From NCBI GenBank assembly GCA_040902265.1, contig JBBDXQ010000013.1:1-49307 (forward strand): 49,307 bases of DNA, written 5' to 3'. The notes below the pieces were generated by a model that worked only from the letters and a program-made list of their open reading frames with translations, made no database searches and was not told the DNA's origin. A program made the position numbers and the translations under genes. The DNA comes from Anaerolineales bacterium. GTDB taxonomy: Bacteria > Chloroflexota > Anaerolineae > Anaerolineales > UBA11579. Below, one piece after another: positions 34,692-43,811 of this stretch. Every line of letters begins with the position of its first letter. Within the stretch, counting starts at the first letter, position 1.

Positions 34692-37007
34692 TTACCGCAG
34701 TTCTCGTTTAGACCTTTTCAAAATGATCCAACCCAGCCAAGCCAGTGTGCTGACAGCCAAACCCAGCGCAAAACTGGCGGGGCGGTAATTGAAAACCACC
34801 TCATGATCTCCCTCCCCCAGCGGCACTGCCCGGTAAAGCCCATCCGCTGGATAAATTGGCACTTCGACCCCATCGACGGTTGCGTGCCAACCGGGATACC
34901 AGGTGTCGGCCAGCACCAGCCAACCGCCGCTGGGCGAATCCAGCTGCACGCGAACAGTGTTGGCGGAGCCAGCTAACAAAACGACGCGGCCGGAAGACCC
35001 CAAACCGCAAACTTCTTCGACCAGGACGGTGCTCTCCACGAGGACCAGGTCGTTTGGCGACCAACCAGCCGCGCCGGTCCCAGCGAGCGCCTGTGCAGCC
35101 GTTGAGACGGGCCGGGCGCAATTGACCCAGCGGGCACGCGGCAGGGCGTCTTTTTGCTCAAAGGCGACTTGCTCCTGGCTGCCATCAGGCCCCACCCGCA
35201 CGATGACATTTATGCTCATGGCGGCCAGCATGGCGTCGCGAAGACCGGCGGGAGCCGCCTCAAGCGCCTGGATCCAATGACGATAGCGCCCCGGCAGCAA
35301 AGGGTCAAAATTGTTGGCCGAGGCGATGCCTTCCAGAAGAGTGGTGTTAGGCAACAAACTTGTGCGGATCGCGCCGGGATCTGCGCTATAAAAATCATCG
35401 AAACGGAATAAGCGCTCAAATTTCAGGCTGTATTCATCTTCAGCGGGCAGATACACCCGCCCGGCGCCAAGGCTTGACTGCGCGGGCGTAGCAAATTCTT
35501 CCCTGTATAGGTCCAGATCAGCCCCAGGGTTCAACCCCCAACCGGCGTAGAGCAGATCGGCGGCCAGCAGCAAGCAGACCAGCCAGGCCCAGCGGGGTGG
35601 ACTGCCAGTCTTGCTTGGCGCATTCAAGTTCAGCCAGGCTGCGCCCACGGCAACGAGGCCGAGCGAAAGCCCAGCCCAGACAAAAATGCCAAACCCGTGG
35701 ATGGCTCCCTGGGCCAACAAGCCAATGGCGATCACCGACTGGAGCAGAATGGCGAGGGCAGCCGCCAGCGCAAGCCGCGACCAATACAGCGCCCTCCCCT
35801 GGGGAGCGCGCCATATGTCAACACCAAAGGCGGCCAAGAGCGCCAGGCCAAAGACCAGCCAGATGCTGAAACGCGTTGGCGCCTGGAAGAGTGCAAAGCT
35901 GGGAACGTGGTCGTATAGCCAGCCAAACAAGGGTGTGTTGGCCCCAAGCGCAAACAGAAAGGCAAGCAAAACCAGCGCAGACAGGAAGAAAAACAGCGGG
36001 CGATCTTTCCTGGCCTGCCAGAAGCGTACCAAGGCAAGCATCGAGAGGAACAAAGGGATGAGACCGATATAGACAGCATCTTCCCAAAAATTTCCGTAGC
36101 CAAGATAGCTTCCATAGGCGGGATTCCCAAAAAAGTTAGGCGCCAACAGGGTAATTAAGCGCCAGGGCCAAAAAGAATAGGTGGCAGCCTGGGCAAAATC
36201 CACCTGGGCGGCGCGTTGGGAGTTAAGCAGATACTCGGCGGTGGGGAACAACTGAACGGCGGACAGGGCAAAAGCCAACAGCGCGGCAGCAAAAAGCCCA
36301 AGGGCTGCCCGGCCGACCTGCGGCCAGTATCCCGCCCGCCAGGACCAAAATCCCGTCCAAGCCGCGGCCAGCCAGAGGCTGTACCAGGCGATCTGGGCAT
36401 GGCCAGCCAGCCACTGCATCGCCAAAAAGAAGGCCAACATCAGCAGGCCTCGCTTGCGCTTCGGCTGCTGCGCCAGGTCGTAAGCGGCCAGCAAGACCCA
36501 GGGCAGCCAGGCGACAGCCGCGTTGATGCTAAGGAAATGGGCGCGGGCTACCAGGTAGCCGGACAGCGAGAAAGCCAACCCGCCAACGGTCTGGGCCAAC
36601 TCGCTGCTGCCAAGGCGGCTGATCAGGCGGCCCATGCCCCAGCCCGCCCAGGCCAGATGCAGGCCCACCAGGAAGGCCTGCACCCAAGCCATGAGAGGCA
36701 GCCCGCCCAGCGCAGCCAATCCAAAATAGATCCAGGTGGGAGGATAGAACAAGGCCGACTGATAATTTGCCAGCAGCGGGGCACCCATGCCCAGCAGAGG
36801 ATTCCAAAGCGGCCATTCACCGGCGAGGATCGTTTGCCAGGCCTGCCACCACCAGGGAATGAACTGGCTGGAAGGCGTGCCCCAATATAAGGCCTTCCCG
36901 GTTAACCAAACTGGTGATAACAAAATGAAGGGACAGAGCAGCAACAACCAGCGCAGGCTGGGCTGGATGGAAAACTTTAATCGGGAAGATAGCAATGCTT
37001 TAGCCAT
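34692..37007 (-). CDS. YfhO-family polytopic membrane glycosyltransferase-like protein
   Basis: 771 aa. YfhO-like N-terminus (FIPWWWQAWQTILAGEWPLWNPLLGMGAPLLANYQSALFYPP), many TM helices and a C-terminal extracytoplasmic domain plus a final TM. Confidence 0.7.
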   Translation of the reverse strand: MAKALLSSRLKFSIQPSLRWLLLLCPFILLSPVWLTGKALYWGTPSSQFIPWWWQAWQTILAGEWPLWNPLLGMGAPLLANYQSALFYPPTWIYFGLAALGGLPLMAWVQAFLVGLHLAWAGWGMGRLISRLGSSELAQTVGGLAFSLSGYLVARAHFLSINAAVAWLPWVLLAAYDLAQQPKRKRGLLMLAFFLAMQWLAGHAQIAWYSLWLAAAWTGFWSWRAGYWPQVGRAALGLFAAALLAFALSAVQLFPTAEYLLNSQRAAQVDFAQAATYSFWPWRLITLLAPNFFGNPAYGSYLGYGNFWEDAVYIGLIPLFLSMLALVRFWQARKDRPLFFFLSALVLLAFLFALGANTPLFGWLYDHVPSFALFQAPTRFSIWLVFGLALLAAFGVDIWRAPQGRALYWSRLALAAALAILLQSVIAIGLLAQGAIHGFGIFVWAGLSLGLVAVGAAWLNLNAPSKTGSPPRWAWLVCLLLAADLLYAGWGLNPGADLDLYREEFATPAQSSLGAGRVYLPAEDEYSLKFERLFRFDDFYSADPGAIRTSLLPNTTLLEGIASANNFDPLLPGRYRHWIQALEAAPAGLRDAMLAAMSINVIVRVGPDGSQEQVAFEQKDALPRARWVNCARPVSTAAQALAGTGAAGWSPNDLVLVESTVLVEEVCGLGSSGRVVLLAGSANTVRVQLDSPSGGWLVLADTWYPGWHATVDGVEVPIYPADGLYRAVPLGEGDHEVVFNYRPASFALGLAVSTLAWLGWIILKRSKRELR

Positions 37008-37011
37008 GCAG

Positions 37012-38550
37012 CTAAGGAAGAGGCGCCCAGATGTGCATATCGCCTGATTCGTAAACTACATGCCAGCCGGGTAGTGAAGGCAAATTTCCCAGCACCCTTT
37101 CGCGCGGCCCGTAAAACAAGTAATCGATATGCATGCGTGCCACGTATTCGGCCAACTGCTCCTGAGTCAAATTGCCTGAAAAAAAGGCAAGCACCTCTGC
37201 ATGGCGCAGCCCAGCCGCGACAGTTTCGAATGGATGCGCGTAGATCACCTGCATTGAAGCATAAGCAGGCAGCCGCAGGCTAGTTTCCGGCGCAGCCAGG
37301 ACCAAGGAATTTCCTGGAGCGTGGTCCTCAAGCCACTTGAAGGCAGCCAGCTCCGGCTGAAATGAAGTAAGCGCGGGTTGTTGGCTACTCACTGCATTTA
37401 ACCCTCCAAGAATTATGATTGCGTTGGTGGGCAGAGCCAAAAAAAGAAGAGCAAGAGACGCAAATCGCCTGACAGTCGCAGAGCTTAGCTGCGCTAATGC
37501 ATAAACAGCCAGAGCGCCCACAGGGATATACCAGCCGCTGATCAGCCGCCTTTGGAAATTTAGCGGCAGGTAGACGAGAGCGATGCCGACTATCAACCAC
37601 AGCGCCAGGAACTTGAACTGGCTTTCACCTTCCCTAAACACGCGGCCTGCGCCAAGCGCGGCCAGGATCAGCGCTGGCGAGAGCGCCAGCAACGTGTCCA
37701 GGAGGGGTGGCGCCGGCGTCAGGTTTTGCGCGTCCCACAAGGCAAGCACAGGATGGCTGCGAATGACCAAATAAGCGTACAACGCGTAAGGCGCTCCTCC
37801 CAGCAAGATAGCTCCCCAATGGCGCAGCTCCGCCCTAGCCAGGTCCCGGCGCCAGGCTTGCCACGCTACCCAGGCCGTCCAAACTGCGGCAGCCACCGCC
37901 CACCCAAAAGGATACAGGATGGACAACATCGCGGCTGCTCCCGCTGTGGCGACCAGCCGCTGCCACCCGATAAGCGCATCGCTTTGCAGCGGGGTCAGCA
38001 GCCAAACCTGGATGGCGAGACCCAAAGCAAAATGTGGGTTAGTGTAGCTGGCCAAAAAAGGGTAGGCTTCGGCCACCCAAAAGTCACTGGAAAAACCTCC
38101 CAGGCTGATAGCCAGCCAACCCAGCCCAGAGCCGAATAGGGTTAAGACTAAGGCGACCAAACGCGGCCCTGGTTGGCTGAAAACCCTGGCAAACAGTCGA
38201 TATAACGCCAGGGCAAGAAGCAAGGCCCCAGCAACCCTGCTGGCATGAAAGGTGAAAAGCAAAGACCAGGCTAGTCCCCCGGAAATATGGCCCAGAAATA
38301 AATAATATAAATTGATAGCCGCGCCCGCGCCAGGCTCAGCGGTGTATGGCAGGGTAAAGAACCATGCGCCTTCCAGACCCTGACGCATTTTAGCCAGGTA
38401 ACTATGACCATCAACTGGATTCAATAAAAATCCGCTGAAATAAAGATCCTGTTTGGTGGATGCCTGGGCTACCAGATATGGAGCTGAAATAATGATCAAA
38501 AACAAAAGAATGACCGCCCCCACCAGCCATTTTTCTCGGCGCTGCGGCAT
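37012..38550 (-). CDS. polytopic membrane protein, GT-C-like
   Basis: 512 aa with about 12 TM and a soluble C-terminal domain. Lies 4 nt upstream of the YfhO-like gene on the same strand. No firm motif. Confidence 0.5.
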   Translation of the reverse strand: MPQRREKWLVGAVILLFLIIISAPYLVAQASTKQDLYFSGFLLNPVDGHSYLAKMRQGLEGAWFFTLPYTAEPGAGAAINLYYLFLGHISGGLAWSLLFTFHASRVAGALLLALALYRLFARVFSQPGPRLVALVLTLFGSGLGWLAISLGGFSSDFWVAEAYPFLASYTNPHFALGLAIQVWLLTPLQSDALIGWQRLVATAGAAAMLSILYPFGWAVAAAVWTAWVAWQAWRRDLARAELRHWGAILLGGAPYALYAYLVIRSHPVLALWDAQNLTPAPPLLDTLLALSPALILAALGAGRVFREGESQFKFLALWLIVGIALVYLPLNFQRRLISGWYIPVGALAVYALAQLSSATVRRFASLALLFLALPTNAIIILGGLNAVSSQQPALTSFQPELAAFKWLEDHAPGNSLVLAAPETSLRLPAYASMQVIYAHPFETVAAGLRHAEVLAFFSGNLTQEQLAEYVARMHIDYLFYGPRERVLGNLPSLPGWHVVYESGDMHIWAPLP

Positions 38551-38609
38551 AGCGGCATTGTAGCAGAGGGAAGCATGGAAGCCAGCTAGTCAAGGCTATA
38601 ATCCCTGCT

Positions 38610-39311
38610 GTGAATCAAACATTTAAACTCTTTCGCCTGCAGCAGATTGACAGCCAATTGGACAAGATCAGAGAGCGGCTGGAGCAGATCGAGGACCTAT
38701 TGGAGGACGACCAAGTCGTCAGGGAAGCCAAGGAAGCCGTGGATGCCACCCAGGCCGCCGGAGAGCAAGGGCGCAAAGAGTTGCAACTTGCCGAGGGCGA
38801 AAGCAAAGCTCAACAAGATAAGCTAAAGGAAAACCAGGATGCGTTGTACGGGGGGAAGGTGAGGAACCCAAGAGAACTACAGGAATTACAACAAGAGGCC
38901 GATGCGCTCACTCGCCATCTTGGTGAACTGGAAGACAGGCAACTCGAACTGATGGAGACATTTGAACGCCAGCAGGCTGACATGCAATCGGCCGAGGCCA
39001 ACCTGGAAGCCGTCCAGGCTCAGCGCAAGGTGAATGAGCGCACATTGGGCAGCGAGCAGAGCGCATTGAACTCCGAAGGTGAGCGACTCTACGGCGAGCG
39101 CGAAACAGCCCTCTCCGGAATTGAAGGTGAAGCGTTGAAGCTCTACGATGGATTGCGAAAAAGTAAAAAAGGCCTGGCGATTGCCAAAGTAACCAGCAAG
39201 ACCTGCAGCGCCTGCGGCGCTGAGCTCTCGGCTTCGCTGGCCGAGGCCGCCCGCTCCCCCAACGCCCTGGCGCGCTGTGATTCGTGCAAACGGATCTTGT
39301 ATTCGGGCTAG
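38610..39311 (+). CDS. coiled-coil protein with C-terminal C4 zinc ribbon (DUF164/CT398-like)
   Basis: 233 aa with a long coiled coil. The C-terminal CSACGAEL...CDSCKRILY is typical of the zf-RING_7/DUF164 family. GTG start. Confidence 0.75.
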   Translation: MNQTFKLFRLQQIDSQLDKIRERLEQIEDLLEDDQVVREAKEAVDATQAAGEQGRKELQLAEGESKAQQDKLKENQDALYGGKVRNPRELQELQQEADALTRHLGELEDRQLELMETFERQQADMQSAEANLEAVQAQRKVNERTLGSEQSALNSEGERLYGERETALSGIEGEALKLYDGLRKSKKGLAIAKVTSKTCSACGAELSASLAEAARSPNALARCDSCKRILYSG

Positions 39312-39625
39312 GAGCGTAGTTGGCGCAAAATGCGCGCCTGCGCCTCGGCGCTCTCCATATCCAGGATCGACACCAGTTTGTCTCGTCCGGTTTCCCCGGC
39401 AATTATTTCGATGCGCGTGCGCGGCACATCCAACACCTTGGCCAGGAATTCGATCAGGGCTTCGTTGGCCTTACCCTCCAGCGGAGGAGCGGTAAGGCGA
39501 ATCTTGACGGTCTGGTCGGCCAACACCTCCACGACCTCGTCGCGGCGAGCGCGCGGCGTCACGCGGATAGCCAGGGCTGCGCCGCGCCGGCTATTTGAGA
39601 GTCGTCGGGGTTTTCGTGCTGGCAT
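39308..39625 (-). CDS. yggU: DUF167 (YggU) family protein
   Basis: 105 aa. VTPRARRDEV...IRLTAPPLEGKANEALIEFLAKVL matches the YggU signature. Confidence 0.85.
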   Translation of the reverse strand: MPARKPRRLSNSRRGAALAIRVTPRARRDEVVEVLADQTVKIRLTAPPLEGKANEALIEFLAKVLDVPRTRIEIIAGETGRDKLVSILDMESAEAQARILRQLRS

Positions 39626-39626
39626 G

Positions 39627-39872
39627 CTACAACACCATCAAGCCCAGGATAAGCCGGCCCAACAGTTGAATGATCAATACAAGCACAATCGGGCTGAAAT
39701 CCACTCCGCCAATGTAAGGCAGGATGCGCCGAATGGGAGCCAACATCGGCTCCACCAATCTATCGACCACTTCACGCGCAGGGTGATACGGGGTTAGCAA
39801 GTAGGATAGCAATACGTACACGATCACCAATAAGGTCAATGCGTTGACAGCCAAACGAATCAATTCAAACAT
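39627..39872 (-). CDS. yggT: YggT-family membrane protein
   Basis: 81 aa with two TM helices. Has the YggT-like PIRRILP...GGVDFSPIV motif. Lies downstream of yggS. Confidence 0.85.
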   Translation of the reverse strand: MFELIRLAVNALTLLVIVYVLLSYLLTPYHPAREVVDRLVEPMLAPIRRILPYIGGVDFSPIVLVLIIQLLGRLILGLMVL

Positions 39873-39883
39873 TCAAGCTCCAT

Positions 39884-40606
39884 TCAGGCAGGCCGCGGGC
39901 CCAAGATGGCTGTGCCGATACGCAGCAAGGTAGAGCCTTCCCGGATGGCTGCTTCAAAATCATCACTCATACCCATGGAAAGCTGGCTCCACTCTCCTTC
40001 AGGGTGGCGGGTCTTTAACTCCCCCAGCAGCGCGCGGGTACGCGCAAAATAAGGCTGCGATCCTGCGGAGGTCGGGGTCATGGGAGCCATACACATTAAG
40101 CCACGAACGAGCACATTAGGCAACTGCAATACCTTTGCTATTTCAGGCAGCGCGGCCTGAAAAGCGGTGTCGGTCTTCGCCGGCCAGCCGTGTTTGCTGG
40201 CTTCTCCACTCACATTCACTTCCAACAGAACGGGCAACGTTTTGCCAGTCTGGGCGGCGAAGCGGTCCAGGCGGGTGGCCAGCTTTAGGCTGTCCACGGC
40301 GTGTACCAGGCCGAAATGCCTGGTCACGTCCTCTGCCTTGCGGCTCTGCACATGCCCGATCATATGCCAGAGCAGCCCGGGGAGCTCCCCAAGCTCCACT
40401 TGCTTGCTGCGGCCCTCCTGCACATAGCTTTCACCCAAATCGCGGATGCCGAGTTCCCACAATGTTCGCAAGGCTCCCACTGGGTGACCCTTGGTGACCA
40501 CCACCAGACTGATCTCCTCGGGAGCGCGACCAGCCTGCCTGGCTGCGACAGCAATGCGCAACCTGATCGATGCGAGGTTTGCCTCAAGTTGCTTTGCGTC
40601 AAGCAC
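39884..40606 (-). CDS. yggS: YggS-family PLP homeostasis protein
   Basis: 240 aa. LVVVTKGHP (PLP Lys), HMIGHVQSRK and LSMGMSDDFEAAI. Confidence 0.9.
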   Translation of the reverse strand: MLDAKQLEANLASIRLRIAVAARQAGRAPEEISLVVVTKGHPVGALRTLWELGIRDLGESYVQEGRSKQVELGELPGLLWHMIGHVQSRKAEDVTRHFGLVHAVDSLKLATRLDRFAAQTGKTLPVLLEVNVSGEASKHGWPAKTDTAFQAALPEIAKVLQLPNVLVRGLMCMAPMTPTSAGSQPYFARTRALLGELKTRHPEGEWSQLSMGMSDDFEAAIREGSTLLRIGTAILGPRPA

Positions 40607-40609
40607 GGT

Positions 40610-41395
40610 TCATTTAAGGGCCAGCAATACGCCAAAGCGCCCAGTTTTGCCACCTGCGCCGCGATGCGAAAACCAGTCCTGCTGGTTGTCAAAGGTGCAT
40701 AGTCCGGCCTGCTCGATGTTTCGCACTCCAGCTGCTTCCAAGACACGCAGGTTGGCTGCCACCAGATCCAAATGAGTGCTGCCATTGAATTGTGGCAGCA
40801 GTTCAGCCGCCTGCTGACCGAAAACTGTTTGCACCTGGGCCACGACTTCCGGACCCACTTCATACTGCTGCACAGAAATAGCCGGGCCAATACCCACCAG
40901 CAAGTCCTGCGGGCGGCTCCCATAATGGGCGCGCATCTCATCCACCGCTTTGGCGGCCACCTTGAGTAAGGTGCCACGCCAGCCGGCATGGGCCAGCGCC
41001 AACGCGCGTTTCACCGGGTCAACGTAGAGCAAGGGCACGCAGTCGGCATAACGCATGAATAAAGTCACGTTGGGTTTATTAGTAAGAATAATATCGCCCT
41101 GCGGCGGCTTGCCCCATTCTGCGGGACGTGGCCCACCCGCCACCAGTGCACCGGCCCCGTGCACCAGGAAGCTATCGAACATCGAGGCGCGCGGCCTGCC
41201 CATGGCCACAAAGATGCGTTCTATATTTTCAGCTACACGGGCTGGGTCATCGCCTACGCTGATGCCAACATTCAGCTTTGCGTAGGGTCCTTCGCTCACC
41301 CCACCCTGCCGGGTGGCCACCGCCTGGGTCACCGGCCCCAGTGAAAGATTCTCGAACTGGAAGACGCGTAACCCGCCGATCTCAACAAACGGCAT
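40610..41395 (-). CDS. pgeF: peptidoglycan editing factor PgeF / YfiH (laccase-domain) protein
   Basis: 261 aa. ADCVPLL, HAGWRGT and the C-terminal FFSHRG-like motif (WFSHRG). Confidence 0.9.
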   Translation of the reverse strand: MPFVEIGGLRVFQFENLSLGPVTQAVATRQGGVSEGPYAKLNVGISVGDDPARVAENIERIFVAMGRPRASMFDSFLVHGAGALVAGGPRPAEWGKPPQGDIILTNKPNVTLFMRYADCVPLLYVDPVKRALALAHAGWRGTLLKVAAKAVDEMRAHYGSRPQDLLVGIGPAISVQQYEVGPEVVAQVQTVFGQQAAELLPQFNGSTHLDLVAANLRVLEAAGVRNIEQAGLCTFDNQQDWFSHRGAGGKTGRFGVLLALK

Positions 41396-41396
41396 G

Positions 41397-42389
41397 CTAG
41401 GGCTTCTTTTTGCCGGCCAGCCGCGCTTTTTTGGAGGCGACCACCACGCGGGTTTCCGCGATCGATTCCTCCAATAAGGGGAACCCGAACCAGGCCGTGG
41501 TGAATCCGAACAGGGCTCCGGTAAGGGTGCGAAGCAAAGGAGTACTCTCGCGATATTCCCACCAGGAGAAGCCGGGGAATTGGCTCAACAGTTGGCTGAA
41601 CCCATCCAGTGCCACCGGCGCAATGCCGATCAACAACCATAGATACCAGGGCAGCGGACGAATGCGCCTGCCAGTGACTGCGAACAGCAAGCCGAACATC
41701 AGCATAGCGCCATAGATGGCAATATCCCTCTGGCAAAAAGCCACCTTGTATCCTAATTCTTCGTTGCCGATAAAATCACGGGCGGCCAGCAGGTTGCGCG
41801 GGTCGCTCTCGTCAATGCCGGTAGCCGCTTGAAATGTTTCGACGCCCTGCAGCCCTGCAGTAGCCCGCGGGTACATGGCCTGCTCGCCAAATAAGAACCA
41901 GGAACGGAATCCCAACTGGTGGCAGACCGCGCCATACAAACCATAGATAGGCCTGGCTGCCTGCGGATAGCCTGCTTTCATCAACATGGGAGCCAAGAAA
42001 GGCAAACCCACATAAAGGAAGATGATGAGATTGAGCACGACCAGGTAGCGTTGGCTCCACCAGGAGTTTAGCCTGTCTGTGGGGGTCAATAGTTCGCTGC
42101 GTGCCTTGCGCGCCTGGAAGCCGGGGTCAGAGGCTAATTGCTCCTGGCGGTCGTGGGCGGCGGCCAAGGTAGCCTGCGCCTGCTTGCGTGAAAAAGGCGC
42201 CGAGAGCGTGTAAGGCCCGGCTTGCAGTACGGGTACGCGCTCGCCATAAGCGGCTTTGAGTGCGGGGTCTGTCTCAATATCGACCAAAGCCAGATTATGC
42301 GGGATCTTGGCTCGCAGAGCCTTCAGGTCGCTCAGCGCTTTTTTACACAGCGAGCATGCTTTTTTGGTGTAAAGGGTCACGGTGATCAC
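41397..42389 (-). CDS. glutaredoxin-like domain fused to a DUF2085-type membrane domain
   Basis: 330 aa. N-terminal thioredoxin fold with CSLC (TLYTKKACSLCKKA...VPVL). The C-terminal membrane part has CHQLGFRS and FCQRDIAIYG, typical of DUF2085. Confidence 0.65.
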   Translation of the reverse strand: MITVTLYTKKACSLCKKALSDLKALRAKIPHNLALVDIETDPALKAAYGERVPVLQAGPYTLSAPFSRKQAQATLAAAHDRQEQLASDPGFQARKARSELLTPTDRLNSWWSQRYLVVLNLIIFLYVGLPFLAPMLMKAGYPQAARPIYGLYGAVCHQLGFRSWFLFGEQAMYPRATAGLQGVETFQAATGIDESDPRNLLAARDFIGNEELGYKVAFCQRDIAIYGAMLMFGLLFAVTGRRIRPLPWYLWLLIGIAPVALDGFSQLLSQFPGFSWWEYRESTPLLRTLTGALFGFTTAWFGFPLLEESIAETRVVVASKKARLAGKKKP

Positions 42390-42892
42390 GGGCGAACTCC
42401 CATTTGAACCAGGTAGGCATCCAGAGTTTCCTCGCTCATCTCGCCGATATGAAGTATCTGGATCACCCCGTCCTCATCCACGAAGAAAGTGGTCGGGTAA
42501 CCGCGTACGCGATAGAGCGCCTGCACCTCGCCGCCCGGATCGAGCAGTACCGGGAAGCTGAGATGCAAATCGTCTGCGAAGTCCTGGACCCGCTGCGCAG
42601 GCTCGTTAAAATCGATCGCCAGCACGGCAAAGCCGCCGTCATTATAGCTCGCCTGGATTGCCGGCATTTCCAGCCTGCATGGGCCGCACCAGGTCGCCCA
42701 AAAATTGAGCAGCACCACCTGCCCGCGCAGCTCACTCAGGGCAGCGCGGTTGCCTTGCAAGGTGAGCAGCGCGATCTCCGGCGCCACCGCGCCTACTTCA
42801 GGCGCTGGCGCAGAAAGGAAAGCTGGCGAGCAGGCAACCAGTAATGCCAGCCAAACCAGGCACAATAATTCTAAAGTTGCTCTTCTAGCCAA
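42386..42892 (-). CDS. TlpA/ResA-like extracytoplasmic thiol-disulfide oxidoreductase
   Basis: WCGPC active site (FWATWCGPCRLEMP). A lipobox-like LLVAC follows a TTG start at 42892 that overlaps the ccdA stop. The track start (42988) would overlap ccdA by 104 nt. Confidence 0.8.
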   Translation of the reverse strand: MARRATLELLCLVWLALLVACSPAFLSAPAPEVGAVAPEIALLTLQGNRAALSELRGQVVLLNFWATWCGPCRLEMPAIQASYNDGGFAVLAIDFNEPAQRVQDFADDLHLSFPVLLDPGGEVQALYRVRGYPTTFFVDEDGVIQILHIGEMSEETLDAYLVQMGVRP

Positions 42893-43799
42893 TAGCAAAG
42901 GAAAAAGCGCCGGCCAGGAAGAGGACGACGAAGACGATGAACAATAATCCTGAACCCAGAAACCAGCTATCCACAAACGGCTTTCCATGGCGGCGTGCCC
43001 ACCATCCGGCGAAAAGCCCGAGAATTAATGAAGCGCCTATGCCGGCAAGCAACAAAATGCCTACCCGGCTCTCATCCACGAAAATATCAAAGAACGCGCC
43101 CAGGCTGCTGATGGTGGATAAACGGCCGGTGAGCAGCAGGACACCAACAAAGATCAGCACAAAGCCCATCACGCGCTGGATCAGCGATCCCATCCTGGGG
43201 TGGCGGCGCAGCAAATAGGTGACCCAGCCGATCTGCGTGGCAGCCAGGAGGAAGGGAATGGCCAGCCCGGCAGAATAAGCGCTGAGCAACAGCGCTCCCT
43301 GGACGGGGTTGCCATCGTTGGCCGCCAAGGTCAGGATCACACCCAGCGCCGGCCCTACGCAAGGCGTCCACCCTGCTGAGAAGAAAACGCCCATCAGGAC
43401 CGAAGAGAGGTAACCACGTTCGCGTTGTACGCGGTTCTGGGCGCGCAGATCGTAGTCAAGATAGGGGATGTGGACCAGACTAGAGAGATGCAGGCCAAAA
43501 ACGATGGCGAGCAACCCACCCACAAAGGCAATGTAGCCCTGGATACCAGCCAGCAACGCGCCAAGAACTGAGGAGAGCAGACCCAGGGAGATAAAGACCA
43601 GGCTGAAGCCGAGCACAAAAGCCAGGCCATGGCTAAGCGCACCTGCAGTGGTACTTTCCCCTTTTCCGCTCGGTGCAGCTGCAGTGCGGCCACCCAGGTA
43701 GCCAACATAGGCTGGCACCAGGGCAAACACACATGGGGAGAGGAAGGAGGCCAGGCCGGCGAGAAAGGCTAAAGCAAAACTAGGGGCGTCGAGTGGCAT
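42885..43799 (-). CDS. ccdA: CcdA/DsbD-family transmembrane thiol-electron transporter
   Basis: 304 aa, polytopic. Conserved Cys sites are LSPCVFALVPAYVGYLGG and GWTPCVGP. Confidence 0.9.
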   Translation of the reverse strand: MPLDAPSFALAFLAGLASFLSPCVFALVPAYVGYLGGRTAAAPSGKGESTTAGALSHGLAFVLGFSLVFISLGLLSSVLGALLAGIQGYIAFVGGLLAIVFGLHLSSLVHIPYLDYDLRAQNRVQRERGYLSSVLMGVFFSAGWTPCVGPALGVILTLAANDGNPVQGALLLSAYSAGLAIPFLLAATQIGWVTYLLRRHPRMGSLIQRVMGFVLIFVGVLLLTGRLSTISSLGAFFDIFVDESRVGILLLAGIGASLILGLFAGWWARRHGKPFVDSWFLGSGLLFIVFVVLFLAGAFSFAIG

Positions 43800-43811
43800 G
43801 GGGGCAACCGT

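Noticed and set aside
42893-42988. The longer TlpA start at 42988 (the track gives 200 aa).
   Set aside because: It would overlap ccdA by 104 nt and adds a Ser-rich non-signal sequence. TTG 42892, which overlaps the ccdA stop, yields a proper lipoprotein-type signal (…LLVAC).
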